Part shown: piece by piece, positions 8,125 to 17,262 of the stretch
Position numbering within the stretch: the first letter of the stretch is position 1
Layout of the letters: each line of letters starts with the position of its first letter
Assembly (NCBI GenBank): GCA_016180755.1
Contig: JACPAO010000072.1
Coordinates: 1 to 50,034 of the forward strand
Direction of reading: 5' to 3'
Length of the DNA stretch: 50,034 nucleotides
Source of the DNA: Methanobacteriota archaeon
Lineage (GTDB): Archaea; Thermoplasmatota; E2; JACPAO01
Program-made: the position numbers and the translations under genes
The notes under the pieces: model-generated
The model's database searches: none
Told to the model about the DNA's origin: nothing
Seen by the model: the letters and a program-made list of their open reading frames with translations, nothing else

Positions 8125-8532
8125 ATGAGCGAACTCGTGATCCGGAGCATGGGCCTGAAGGCCCGCGACGCCGTCGTTCTCGGTGAGACCATCCATCGGG
8201 GCGTCTCGGCAGCCGCCGTCCAGCGGCTCCTCGACGCGAGCGGTTGGACCAAATCCCAACTGTTCGAGTGGGCTCACATTCCCCCCGCTAACGGCAACCG
8301 CAGGTTCCGGGCAGGCCACTTCCAGGACCACGAATCGGAACGCATCGCGCGCCTGGCCCGCGCCTTCGACCAGGCCCAGGACATGCTCCGGGACCGGCAC
8401 CGGGCCGCGCGGTGGATGCAAGAGGCCAACCCCCGCCTCGGCGGGCGCAGCCCAGTCCAAGTGTGCGGCACCGAGTTCGGCGCCCGGGAAGTCGAAGCCG
8501 TGATCGGCCGACTCCGCCACGGCGTGTACTAG
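8125..8532 (+). CDS. Xre-family antitoxin with DUF2384 (MbcA/ParS-type toxin-binding) domain
   Basis: The C-terminal 'AARWMQEANPRLGGRSPVQVCGTEFGAREVEAVIGRLRHGVY' is the DUF2384 signature. The RES toxin gene follows 1 nt after the stop. Confidence 0.85.
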   Translation: MSELVIRSMGLKARDAVVLGETIHRGVSAAAVQRLLDASGWTKSQLFEWAHIPPANGNRRFRAGHFQDHESERIARLARAFDQAQDMLRDRHRAARWMQEANPRLGGRSPVQVCGTEFGAREVEAVIGRLRHGVY

Positions 8533-8533
8533 C

Positions 8534-8950
8534 ATGCGCGTGTGGCGCGTCCACGACCAAGCCTTCGCCGCGGACGCCTGGACCGGGGAGGGCGCCCGCC
8601 TCCATGGGGGCCGCTGGAACCCGCCCGGGGTCACCGTCGTGTACGCGAGCGAGCACGCGGCCTTGGCGATCCTCGAAGTCTTGGCGGGCAACCTCCGCGA
8701 CGTGGACCTCAAGCACTTCCGGCTCCACGGCGCCGACGTACCCGATGGCCTCATCCACGACCTGCCGGCCGGGACCTCGGAGCATGCGCGCGCCGCTGCC
8801 TGGCTCGCAGCGGGGACACTAGCGTGCCGCGTCCCTAGCGCCGTGGCGCCCGGCACGAACATCCTTCTGAATCCCCTGTCCGCGGACTGGCACCGCGTCA
8901 CGATGTATCCTCCCGTCGCGATCGACCCAAGGCTCTACGGGCGTGGATGA
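8534..8950 (+). CDS. RES-domain toxin (MbcT/ParT-like NAD+-targeting toxin family)
   Basis: The R-E-S triad context is present: 'GGRWNPPG', 'YASEHAALAILEV' and 'CRVPSAVAPGTNILLNP'. Confidence 0.85.
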   Translation: MRVWRVHDQAFAADAWTGEGARLHGGRWNPPGVTVVYASEHAALAILEVLAGNLRDVDLKHFRLHGADVPDGLIHDLPAGTSEHARAAAWLAAGTLACRVPSAVAPGTNILLNPLSADWHRVTMYPPVAIDPRLYGRG

Positions 8951-9015
8951 CGGATGGCTTCTTGCCACGACCAAGGCCCCCTTAGTCTCATGGGCGGTCC
9001 AAACATCCAAACGCC

Positions 9016-10224
9016 ATGCGTGTCATGCCCATGCTCCCAAGCGGACGCCTCGGCGCGGAAAAGGGTTTAACGCGCACGCCTCATCCGCGCGGAGTGCAAT
9101 ACGAGGTCGTCCTCGCCCGGTACGGGGAACTCGGGATCAAGTCCCCGCCGGTCCGGCGACGGTTCGAGCGCGTCCTCCAGGAAAACATCGAGAAGGCGTT
9201 CGAGTCGGAGAAGCTCGACTGCATCGTGAGCCGCGTCCGCGGCCGGTTCCTCGTCCACTCGTCGGACCTTCCCCGGGCCCTCCTTGTCCTCGGTCGCATC
9301 TTCGGCCTCACGTCCGTAAGCCCCGCCGTCGTCCGCTCGAGCAAGATGGGCGAGCTCCTTCCCGCGATCGGCGCCTACTACGAGACGGTCGCGGCCGAAC
9401 GGCCCGCGATCCGGTCGTTCGCCATCCGCGCGCGCCGCTCCGGATCGCATCCCTTCTCCTCGCAAGACGTCGCCCGCGAAGGCGGCGGCGCCGTCCTCTC
9501 GGCCCCGCACGGAGCCCACCTCAAGGTCGACCTCGACAAGCCCGACCTCGAGCTGAGCGTCGAGGTCCGCGACGACAAGGCGTACCTGTTCCACGAGACG
9601 CAACGCGCCCCCGGCGGGCTCCCCATGGGAAGCCAGGGACGCGTCGCGGTCCTCCTCAAGGACCTCCACTCCCTCGTCGCCGCGTGGCTCATGCTGAAGC
9701 GCGGCTGCACGATCGTGCCGATCCACTTCGAGGGACTGACGGGGAGCCGCGAGCGCGCCGAGTCCTACGAAAAGGTCCTGCGCTCCTGGTACTTCCGCGG
9801 CCGCCTCGTCCACATCCCGCACCACGAGACGAGCGAATTCCCCCGCGACGCGACGTGCGTCCTCTGCATGCGCCAGATGGTCCGCAAGGCGGCCCTCCTT
9901 GCGAAGGCGAAGAAGTGCAAGGCTCTCGTGACGGGCGAGGCCTTCTCTTCGACGACCGTCGAGAACCTCACCTCGTTCGGCGGCCTCACGACGCTTCCCA
10001 TCCTGCGCCCGATTCTCGGCACCACGCCCGAGATGGTCTCGGACTTCCTCGCGGCGATGGGGATCGAGGCGAGCCAGGCCGTCCCCTTCTTCGAGCCGTG
10101 TCCCCTTCGCACGCGCGGCCGCCTCGGCGAGGACCGGCTCCGGCAGCTCGAGCAGGAACTCGCCGTCGAGGCGCGGGCCCACGCGGCCGTGCGCGAGCGG
10201 GAGCGCGCCGAGGCCGTCGTATGA
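9016..10224 (+). CDS. thiI: ThiI-like tRNA 4-thiouridine synthase homolog (THUMP domain plus PP-loop-type domain) with a degenerate PP-loop
   Basis: 'VVLARYGELGIKS' is a typical ThiI N-terminus. The THUMP region is present. 'LVAAWLMLKRG' follows the position where SGGxDS should be, but the sequence there reads 'LLKDLHS'. CxxC ('CVLC') and a later Cys ('FFEPCPL') are retained. The start is uncertain; a GTG at 9094 is an alternative. Confidence 0.75.
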   Translation: MRVMPMLPSGRLGAEKGLTRTPHPRGVQYEVVLARYGELGIKSPPVRRRFERVLQENIEKAFESEKLDCIVSRVRGRFLVHSSDLPRALLVLGRIFGLTSVSPAVVRSSKMGELLPAIGAYYETVAAERPAIRSFAIRARRSGSHPFSSQDVAREGGGAVLSAPHGAHLKVDLDKPDLELSVEVRDDKAYLFHETQRAPGGLPMGSQGRVAVLLKDLHSLVAAWLMLKRGCTIVPIHFEGLTGSRERAESYEKVLRSWYFRGRLVHIPHHETSEFPRDATCVLCMRQMVRKAALLAKAKKCKALVTGEAFSSTTVENLTSFGGLTTLPILRPILGTTPEMVSDFLAAMGIEASQAVPFFEPCPLRTRGRLGEDRLRQLEQELAVEARAHAAVRERERAEAVV

Positions 10225-11129
10225 AGGTCCTCGTCTTCGGAGCGGGCGCCCTCGGATCGCTCGTGGGCGCGCTGCTCTCCCGGGTCCACGACGTCACGCT
10301 CGTGGGCCGCCATGACCACGTCGACGCCATCCGGGGCCGCGGCCTAAGCGTGACGGGGAACGCCGAGCTCACCGTCCGCGTGAAGGCACAGGAATCCGTG
10401 ACCCCCGGCCTCCACCCCGACCTCGTCCTCCTCACCGTGAAGTCCTTCGACACCGCGACCGCCCTGGAGGCGCTCGCGCCCGCGATGGGCCCCGACACGA
10501 CCCTTCTCAGCGTGCAGAACGGCCTCGGTAACCTCGAGCTCGCCCAGGCGCGGTTCCCCGACCGCCTCGTCCTCGCCTCCGCCGTCATGGTCGGCGCCGC
10601 CCTGGAAGCACCCGGCCGCGTCTCGTGGAACGGGCCGGGGGAGATCATCATCGGCGCCTCCGCGAAGGAGGAGACCGAGGCCCGCGTCGTCGCCGTCGCG
10701 TTCGCCGCCGCGGGGATGCAGGCCCGCGCCGTCCCCGACATCCGACCCGCCCTCTGGCGCAAAGCGGTGGTGAATGCGGCCATCAACCCCTTGAGCGCGA
10801 TCGCGCGCGTCCCGAACGGCCGGCTCCTCGAGGACGCGCAGCTGCACGCGCGGCTCGTGTCGGCCGCCCGCGAGGCCGCGAGCGTCGCGCGCGCCGAGGG
10901 CGTCAATCTCCCCGAAGACGAGGCCGTCGCCTTGGTGGAGCGCGTCACCAAGCAGACGGCCGGCAACCGGTCGAGCATGCTCCAGGACGTCGAGCGCGGC
11001 CGCCGGACGGAGATCGACGCCATCAACGGGAGGATCCTCGCGGCGGCCCGCCGCCGCGGCCTCGCCTGCCCGACCAACGAGCGGCTCTTCGCTGAAGTGA
11101 AAGCCCTCGAACCGAAGGGCGCGGCCTGA
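10221..11129 (+). CDS. panE: 2-dehydropantoate 2-reductase (ketopantoate reductase, PanE/ApbA family)
   Basis: 'MKVLVFGAGALGSLVG' is a Rossmann GxGxxG motif. 'NRSSMLQDVERGRRTEIDAINGRI' is the PanE C-terminal signature. The ATG overlaps the thiI-like stop (ATGA). Confidence 0.85.
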   Translation: MKVLVFGAGALGSLVGALLSRVHDVTLVGRHDHVDAIRGRGLSVTGNAELTVRVKAQESVTPGLHPDLVLLTVKSFDTATALEALAPAMGPDTTLLSVQNGLGNLELAQARFPDRLVLASAVMVGAALEAPGRVSWNGPGEIIIGASAKEETEARVVAVAFAAAGMQARAVPDIRPALWRKAVVNAAINPLSAIARVPNGRLLEDAQLHARLVSAAREAASVARAEGVNLPEDEAVALVERVTKQTAGNRSSMLQDVERGRRTEIDAINGRILAAARRRGLACPTNERLFAEVKALEPKGAA

Positions 11130-11130
11130 C

Positions 11131-11754
11131 CTACGCCGGCTTCGCCGCGCGGGCGACCGTCGCGCTGCGGTCGCCGTTGGTCTCGTCGTCGCGGACGAGG
11201 ACGGCGAGGCCCAAGGCGAGGCGTCGGTCGATCACGTCTTTCTTGTCAAGCGAAAGGTCGACCTGCGTGTGGTCGAGGCCCAGGAGCATCCTTCGCCGCG
11301 AGATCTTGCCGCCGATCGCCTGGCCCCAGTGAAGGTCGAAGGCGCGGGGCCGCGACGCGCCCATCGAAAGCAGCCGGCCGACCCACGAGTCGGACGCCGT
11401 CTCGGTCACCATCCCGACGGGGTCGCCGTCCGGGTTGAAGATGAACCATTCCGATTTCCCAAGGGGCGGGTAGACCTTCTTGCGGAACTCCCCGATCGGC
11501 CGGCCGGATTGCGAATCGACGACCTCGAAGACGATCTCCTGCGACTCCTTCGTGTCCGCGAAGAACGAGATCGCCTGCGCGTCCTTGCGGATGCGGCACG
11601 CCGCGACGAGTTCCCGCTCCGGGGTGTGGATCTCGTACCGTCGGCCCCGGGGCGTGGGGCGCTCGACGATGTTGTAGACGCGGTAGCCCCAGCGGCCCGG
11701 CCCGACCGGATCGGTCGATGGCTTCGGCCGCGCCTTCGCCATACGTCTTTCCAT
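11131..11754 (-). CDS. Hypothetical protein, possibly LURP-one/scramblase-like (tubby C-terminal-like fold)
   Basis: The ORF looks like a real protein. The alternating beta pattern 'EIVFEVVDSQSGRPIGEFRKK...WFIFNPDGDPVGMV' recalls DUF567. This is weak, by-eye evidence only. Confidence 0.45.
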   Translation of the reverse strand: MERRMAKARPKPSTDPVGPGRWGYRVYNIVERPTPRGRRYEIHTPERELVAACRIRKDAQAISFFADTKESQEIVFEVVDSQSGRPIGEFRKKVYPPLGKSEWFIFNPDGDPVGMVTETASDSWVGRLLSMGASRPRAFDLHWGQAIGGKISRRRMLLGLDHTQVDLSLDKKDVIDRRLALGLAVLVRDDETNGDRSATVARAAKPA

Positions 11755-11841
11755 TCGTCGCCTTCTATATGAGGGTGCCGACCTTCGGAAAGAAACGCGC
11801 GCGAGGATTTCCTGCCCCGCCGCGGCGCGAAGGCGCGGCCG

Positions 11842-13635
11842 CTACACGCCGGCCCGGTACCGCACGACGATCTCGAACGTGGCGGTCTCCCCCGGATAGC
11901 TCGGCGAGACCTCGAATCGCCAACTTCCGTACGAGAACGACGACAGCGACGTCGTCTCGAACTTCATCTGCTCCTGACTCCGTTGGTCCTGCACGGGCCG
12001 TCCGCCCGCGTCGGCGACCTGGAGGCAGTCCGGGCCGGGCGTCGGGCAGACCGTCTGCGGGGGCTGGTCCTTGATGGTCGCCGCGACGTACACGCGCGCC
12101 GCGGTCGCCTCGACGGGGAAGTACGTGCGCAGCCGCTGGTCCGGCGTCGCGTTCTGCGGCAGGCGAGCGTACGTGATGTTGGTGTGGCTGTACACCTCGA
12201 AGTAGACGGAGTCCGTGAAGATCGCCTGGCCGGGCAGGTTCGGCGTGTCCTTGAGCTTCAAGGTCGCCTGCAGCTGCTTCAGCCCGGCCGTGGCGAAGTC
12301 GGGGCCGCCGAGGGTGAAGCCGTCGCGCACCTCCTTGCGGAACTCGAAGAACCGCTTGCGGGCGTCGATGTTCTGGATCGACCAGACGACCTCGAGCTCC
12401 TCGTGGTTGTAGTCGGGGTTGTCGTCGCCCTTGGTCGGGAACGAGGACTCCGGGGGCCGCAGCTTCTTCTCGCCGGCGGTCGAGTTGTAGATCCGGATCG
12501 AGAAGGGGACCTTCTCGTCCGAGTACTTGTTGAGCTGCTGCGCCGAGGCGAGGATCTCGACCGCGAGTTGCGAAGCGGGCGTGATGGGCTTGGGGCTGTA
12601 GATGCCCCGTTCCACGTCGACCGCGAACGTGAGGGGTTTCTCAACGAGCTCGAGGAGCTGATGCTTGAGAAGGCGCCGCTCGAGGCGGACCTGCTGGGTG
12701 TAGGTGAAGTCGAAGTTGCCACTGTCGTCGCGGCCGGAGGCCGCGAGCGTCACCTTCTGGGTCTCGACGTAGTCCACGAAGTTCAGGACGGCCTCGCTGT
12801 AGGTGTAGTCGAACTCGACGCGGAAGTCGAAGGAGATCTTGCGGACGTCCGCCCCGGAGCCCTCCAGGCTGTCCTTGATGCCGGCCTGGATCTCGCTTAG
12901 GTCGTAGGGCTCGAGGCTGCCTTCCAGGCGGACGGCGCTGAACGTGCCCGCCGGGACCGTCACGGAGGCAAGGCGCCGCGCGCGTCCCTCGAAGACCCCG
13001 AGTTCGCCCCCGAGCGCGTCGATCGTCTCCTCGTTGCGCCAGCTGCGGCCCTTCGTGAGCGGCCAGCTGAAGCGCTGCTGCTCGTTCTCGGGCCGCGTCG
13101 GGTCGGCCACCTCCCCTTCCTCCTCGGTCGCGGTCGGTTCTTCGGTGGGCGACTCGGACGACGAGGTGGCCGTCGGCCCGCCTTGGGCAGGCTCATCGGC
13201 GCCGGAAAGCTGGACCTCGCCGTTTCGCCAGTCCACGTACGTCGGGGAGACAAAGTTGAGCTGCTCCGAGTACACCCAGGCCGCCCAGAAGTCGCTCGCC
13301 TGCTGGTCGGTGTCGTTCTCGTCGGGGACAAAGCGCTGGAGCACGGCGGCCGCGTAGATCGGGATGCCCTCGACGCTCACGGCGGTGGAGTTGAAGATCT
13401 CCATCCGAAACGTCCGGTTGATGACGGTGTTGCCCTCTTCTTCCTCGAGGTCCTCGATGTTCGAGGGCGCGTCGCCGCTGAGGGACGACGTGCGCGTCTC
13501 CTGTTCCTCGTATTCCCACCCGTACCCGGCCATCCAGACCGGAAGGTCAATCGTGAAGGAGGCGCCCGAGCAGCCCGCGAACGCGGGCCCGACGACGAGG
13601 GCCGCGGCCAGGACGCCGAGGAACCGGGGGCGCAT
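11842..13635 (-). CDS. Large secreted lipoprotein (597 aa), function unknown
   Basis: Signal peptide with lipobox 'PAFAGC'. An acidic Thr/Glu/Pro linker lies between two beta-rich halves. Confidence 0.7.
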   Translation of the reverse strand: MRPRFLGVLAAALVVGPAFAGCSGASFTIDLPVWMAGYGWEYEEQETRTSSLSGDAPSNIEDLEEEEGNTVINRTFRMEIFNSTAVSVEGIPIYAAAVLQRFVPDENDTDQQASDFWAAWVYSEQLNFVSPTYVDWRNGEVQLSGADEPAQGGPTATSSSESPTEEPTATEEEGEVADPTRPENEQQRFSWPLTKGRSWRNEETIDALGGELGVFEGRARRLASVTVPAGTFSAVRLEGSLEPYDLSEIQAGIKDSLEGSGADVRKISFDFRVEFDYTYSEAVLNFVDYVETQKVTLAASGRDDSGNFDFTYTQQVRLERRLLKHQLLELVEKPLTFAVDVERGIYSPKPITPASQLAVEILASAQQLNKYSDEKVPFSIRIYNSTAGEKKLRPPESSFPTKGDDNPDYNHEELEVVWSIQNIDARKRFFEFRKEVRDGFTLGGPDFATAGLKQLQATLKLKDTPNLPGQAIFTDSVYFEVYSHTNITYARLPQNATPDQRLRTYFPVEATAARVYVAATIKDQPPQTVCPTPGPDCLQVADAGGRPVQDQRSQEQMKFETTSLSSFSYGSWRFEVSPSYPGETATFEIVVRYRAGV

Positions 13636-13748
13636 CAGGCTGCACCAGCCCGGTGGGGACTTAAAGCTTGTTTCCTCCCCGTCGCGCGCGGTCGGCGGCG
13701 CGCCCCGTCGCTTCCGCTAGGAGGCAAGGGGAGGAGAACGAGGCAACC

Positions 13749-14582
13749 CTAGTTGCGCCGCCGCAGGAGGAGTCCGGCGAGGGCGAGGACGGCGATCCCG
13801 ATCGGGGCGCCCGGGGCCGGGACGTCCCAGCTCGAGTCGGAGCCGCCCGTGAGGCTGAAGCCGAGGAGGATCCCGGACCGGCCCGTGAAGCAGTTCACGT
13901 GCTCGGCCGTGAAGACCATGGCGCCCGACTCGGCGTCGTAACGCTCGGCCGCGCAGTCGGGCTGGATCGAGGCCGGGTCGATCGACCAGCCGTCGAGCCC
14001 GCGGACCGTGAGGCTGAAGTCCCCGATGACCTCGGCGGCCTTCTCCTCTTCGACCTCGTGGAAGTAGTAGCGGTCCATGTCGAGCTTGACCGTGTGCACG
14101 TCGGCGGCCTTCGTGGGAAACCCGACCGTCGCTACGAAGCTCAGGGTGATGCCTTCCTCCTGGTCGACGGGCCCGATGAGGCCGCCCGCCGCGAGGGCGT
14201 CGACCTTGGCCGCCTTGGGGTTCGTCGTGTCGATCACGAGGTGCCCGACGTAGTTCTCGTCGTGGACGTAGTGCTCGAACTCGTTCTGGACGAAGGTCTT
14301 GATGACCGTCTCGGCGAGGTCCGCCTCCTCCTCGCTCACGTTCCCGTCGGCCTCGTTGCCGTCCATGCCGTCGACCATGCCGCGGACCATGGCCGAAGCG
14401 TTCGGGCCGATCTCGATGCCCTGCCAGGAGACCGAGATCTGGGTGGAGGAGACGCTCACTTCGATGGCTCCGACGTCCTTGAGCTCCTTTTGAAGGTCCT
14501 CGAAGCTCGGCTCGGCTGTGGCCGTCGGGATGCTGAAGGCGAGGGCCAGGCCGAGGATGGTCAGGACCGCGAGTTTTTGCAT
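13749..14582 (-). CDS. Secreted protein with a PGF-CTERM-like C-terminal anchor
   Basis: The ATG at 14582 is preceded by GGGAGG. The signal peptide is 'MQKLAVLTILGLALAFSIPTATA'. The C-terminus is 'PAPGAPIGIAVLALAGLLLRRRN', a hydrophobic helix followed by an Arg cluster. Confidence 0.7.
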   Translation of the reverse strand: MQKLAVLTILGLALAFSIPTATAEPSFEDLQKELKDVGAIEVSVSSTQISVSWQGIEIGPNASAMVRGMVDGMDGNEADGNVSEEEADLAETVIKTFVQNEFEHYVHDENYVGHLVIDTTNPKAAKVDALAAGGLIGPVDQEEGITLSFVATVGFPTKAADVHTVKLDMDRYYFHEVEEEKAAEVIGDFSLTVRGLDGWSIDPASIQPDCAAERYDAESGAMVFTAEHVNCFTGRSGILLGFSLTGGSDSSWDVPAPGAPIGIAVLALAGLLLRRRN

Positions 14583-14780
14583 GTTGTTTCCTCCCACGTT
14601 TGAGTCGAAACTTGAGCCGATATTCCGGGCTAGGCCGACCGACGCTATTTATGAATTGTGGTTGGTCGGGCGAAAACCTGGAAACGCCCTTGCGCGCGCG
14701 ATTTCCTCCTGGAATCGTGCCCTCGAAGCCTTAAGGGGCGCTCGAAACGTCTAAGTGCCGGGCGCCGGCTCCCGCCGAGG

Positions 14781-15884
14781 ATGCCGCGGGCGCTTTTGGC
14801 GGTTCTGGTGCTCCTGGGCGTCGCCCTTTCAGGATGTCTCCGAAACGACCCGGCGGACGGGACGCTTACGCCGACGACCCCGGGCGCCGAGGCCGATTCG
14901 TGCACGAACGTCCCAGCCCCCACGTGGTCGCAGCAGGACGCCGCGCTGCGCGGGGCGAATGCGTTCGACTACGTCATCGGGCTCATCTGCGACCACTCCG
15001 GCGGAGCCCCGAAGGAACGCGCCCGCGTCCCCGGGACCCCGCAACAGGTTCAAGGCGCCGCGTACCTCCACGGCGAGCTCAAGGAGGCGGGCTGGAACGC
15101 CCAGTTCCAGAACTTCACCGGGGCGCAGTACGACACGATCATGCAGGCGCGCGGCGGCTCGCATGCGCAATGGTGGCGCGACTGCACGGCCGCCGACCAG
15201 GTGCGCATGCGCGGCCTTCCGTTCTCCAACGTCGAAGCGCGGTTCGGCTCCGGCTCCCGCATCGTCCTCCTCATGGCCCACTGGGACTCGAAACGGTTCG
15301 CCGACGGGGACTCCGACGCGAAGCGCCGAACCGAGCCGGTCCTGGGCGCCAACGATGGGGCCTCGGGGGTCGGGCTCCTCCTCGAGCTCGCGCGCGTCCT
15401 CGCGAAGGAGCCCGCGAGCACGACGTGGCAGTACCGGATCCTCCTCACCGACGGGGAGGACGGCTTCGAGGACTGCCACCCCTTGGCCGGCTCGACCTAC
15501 TACGCGGAAGGCCTGTCGGCCGCCGAGCGGACCCTCTTCCAAGCCATCCTCCTCCTCGACATGGTCGGCGACGAGGACGCCGGGTTCTACCGGGGCTGCG
15601 GCTCCGACACGGCCCTCGGCGACCGCCTTTGGACGGTCGCGGCCCGGCTCGACGTGCGTCAGTTCAAGAACACGACGGGCTGCAACGGGATCACCGACGA
15701 CCACACCCCGTTCGAGGACCGGAGCATGAAGTCGGTCGACGTCATCGACTACCACTTCGGCGAAGGCTTCCCGTCCTACTGGCACACGACCGGCGACACG
15801 CCCGACAAGATCAGCCCCGACATGCTCGGCGCCGTGGGACGCGTCGTCCAGCAGACCCTCAAGGAGCTTCCTATCGCGCCTTGA
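14781..15884 (+). CDS. M28-family zinc aminopeptidase-like lipoprotein
   Basis: Lipobox 'ALSGC'. 'VLLMAHWDSK', 'GANDGASGVGLLLELARVL' and 'LTDGEDGF' match the M28 metal-ligand blocks. Confidence 0.8.
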   Translation: MPRALLAVLVLLGVALSGCLRNDPADGTLTPTTPGAEADSCTNVPAPTWSQQDAALRGANAFDYVIGLICDHSGGAPKERARVPGTPQQVQGAAYLHGELKEAGWNAQFQNFTGAQYDTIMQARGGSHAQWWRDCTAADQVRMRGLPFSNVEARFGSGSRIVLLMAHWDSKRFADGDSDAKRRTEPVLGANDGASGVGLLLELARVLAKEPASTTWQYRILLTDGEDGFEDCHPLAGSTYYAEGLSAAERTLFQAILLLDMVGDEDAGFYRGCGSDTALGDRLWTVAARLDVRQFKNTTGCNGITDDHTPFEDRSMKSVDVIDYHFGEGFPSYWHTTGDTPDKISPDMLGAVGRVVQQTLKELPIAP

Positions 15885-17262
15885 CCTCGGGCGCGCGGAG
15901 GAGGCGCTTCGACTCGTCCACGAACTCCTTCGCGAGGGCCACGCTCCTTGCCTCGGACTTCGATTCGGCGTAGACGCGGTAGATGGGCTCCGTCCCGCTC
16001 GGGCGGGCGAGCACCCAGCCGTCCTCGAAGTACACCTTGAAGCCGTCCGTCTCGTCGATGCGCGCCTTCGGGTACTTGGCGCGCGTCCAGTCGCGAAGCG
16101 ACCGCGCGAGCCCGTCCTTGGCCTCGTTCGCGCACTCGAACTTCTGCTTCGAGACGAAGAACTTCGGTAGAGCGGAGCGCAGGGCGCCCAGGCTCTTGCC
16201 GCTTGTGAGGATGAGCTCCACCATCCGCGCGACGCTCATGAGGGCGTCCCGGCAGTACTGGTGGTCCGGGAAGATGAGGCCGCCGTTCTCCTCGCCGCCG
16301 AAGACGGCCTTGTCCTTGCGCATCCTCCGGCCGACGATGGGCGAGCCGACGGCCGTGTACACGACCTTGCCGCCCGCGCGCGTCACGACCTCCTCGACGA
16401 CCGAGCCCGTCGACACGGGCGTGCACACGAGGCCCCCTTTGTGCCGCTTCACGAGGTGCTCGGCGATGAGCGCGAAGCTCTGGTCGCCGGGGACGAACGC
16501 GCCGGTCTCGTCGACGAAGATGGCGCGGTCCGCGTCCCCGTCGTGGGCGACGCCCAGGTCCGCCTTCGTCTCCTTGACGCGCTCCTTGAGCTTCGCGAGG
16601 TTGTCCTCGACGGGCTCGGGGCTCCTTCCGGCAAACGTCCCGTCGAGCTCGCCGTGGAGGAGAATCGGTTCGCAGCCGATTGATCGCAGGAACCGAGGCG
16701 TGACGAGCGTGCCGGGCCCGCCCGCGGGGTCGACGACGACGCGCAGTTTCCGGCGCTTGCCGTCGGGGACCTTGAACTTCTTCTGCACGGCCTTCACGTA
16801 GGCGTCGTTGCACGTCTCGTCGGAGCTCAGCCGTCCCACGTCCTTCCACGAGGCGAGCCGGAACTTCTGGGACGCGTAGAGCTGCTCCACGTGCTCCTCG
16901 TCCTCCCGGGAAGCCTCGGTCCCGTCGGCGGCGATGAACTTGAGCCCGTTCCACTGGCCGGGGTTGTGGCTCGCCGTCACGATGACGGCGGCGTCCACCT
17001 CCTCGTTCTGGGACGTGTAGTACTGGATCGCGGGCGTGGTCGCGACGCCGAGGCGCACGACGTTCACGCCGGTCGCAAGGAGGCCGGCGACGGCGGCCGC
17101 CGACAGCATGGGGCCCGAGAGCCTCGCGTCCCGGCCGATGGCGACGGTCGAGCCCGCGCCGAGGTGGGTGCCGAGCGCGAGGCCGAGGCGCAGGGCCACC
17201 TCGTGGGTCATGTCCTGGCCGACGATGCCCCGCACGCCGTCCGTTCCAAAGAGCCTCGTCAT
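15871..17262 (-). CDS. glmM: Phosphohexomutase (archaeal phosphoglucosamine mutase / PMM-PGM family)
   Basis: 'LFGTDGVRG' is present. The active-site serine loop is 'TASHNPGQWNGLKF' and the metal loop is 'AHDGDADR'. Confidence 0.9.
   Translation of the reverse strand: MTRLFGTDGVRGIVGQDMTHEVALRLGLALGTHLGAGSTVAIGRDARLSGPMLSAAAVAGLLATGVNVVRLGVATTPAIQYYTSQNEEVDAAVIVTASHNPGQWNGLKFIAADGTEASREDEEHVEQLYASQKFRLASWKDVGRLSSDETCNDAYVKAVQKKFKVPDGKRRKLRVVVDPAGGPGTLVTPRFLRSIGCEPILLHGELDGTFAGRSPEPVEDNLAKLKERVKETKADLGVAHDGDADRAIFVDETGAFVPGDQSFALIAEHLVKRHKGGLVCTPVSTGSVVEEVVTRAGGKVVYTAVGSPIVGRRMRKDKAVFGGEENGGLIFPDHQYCRDALMSVARMVELILTSGKSLGALRSALPKFFVSKQKFECANEAKDGLARSLRDWTRAKYPKARIDETDGFKVYFEDGWVLARPSGTEPIYRVYAESKSEARSVALAKEFVDESKRLLRAPEVKAR

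Noticed and set aside
8943-10220. N-terminal 425 aa of the 728-aa ORF 8943-11129
   Set aside because: This part is an Arg/Pro-rich nonsense translation overlapping the ThiI-like gene in another frame. Only the portion from the ATG at 10221 (PanE) looks like a protein.
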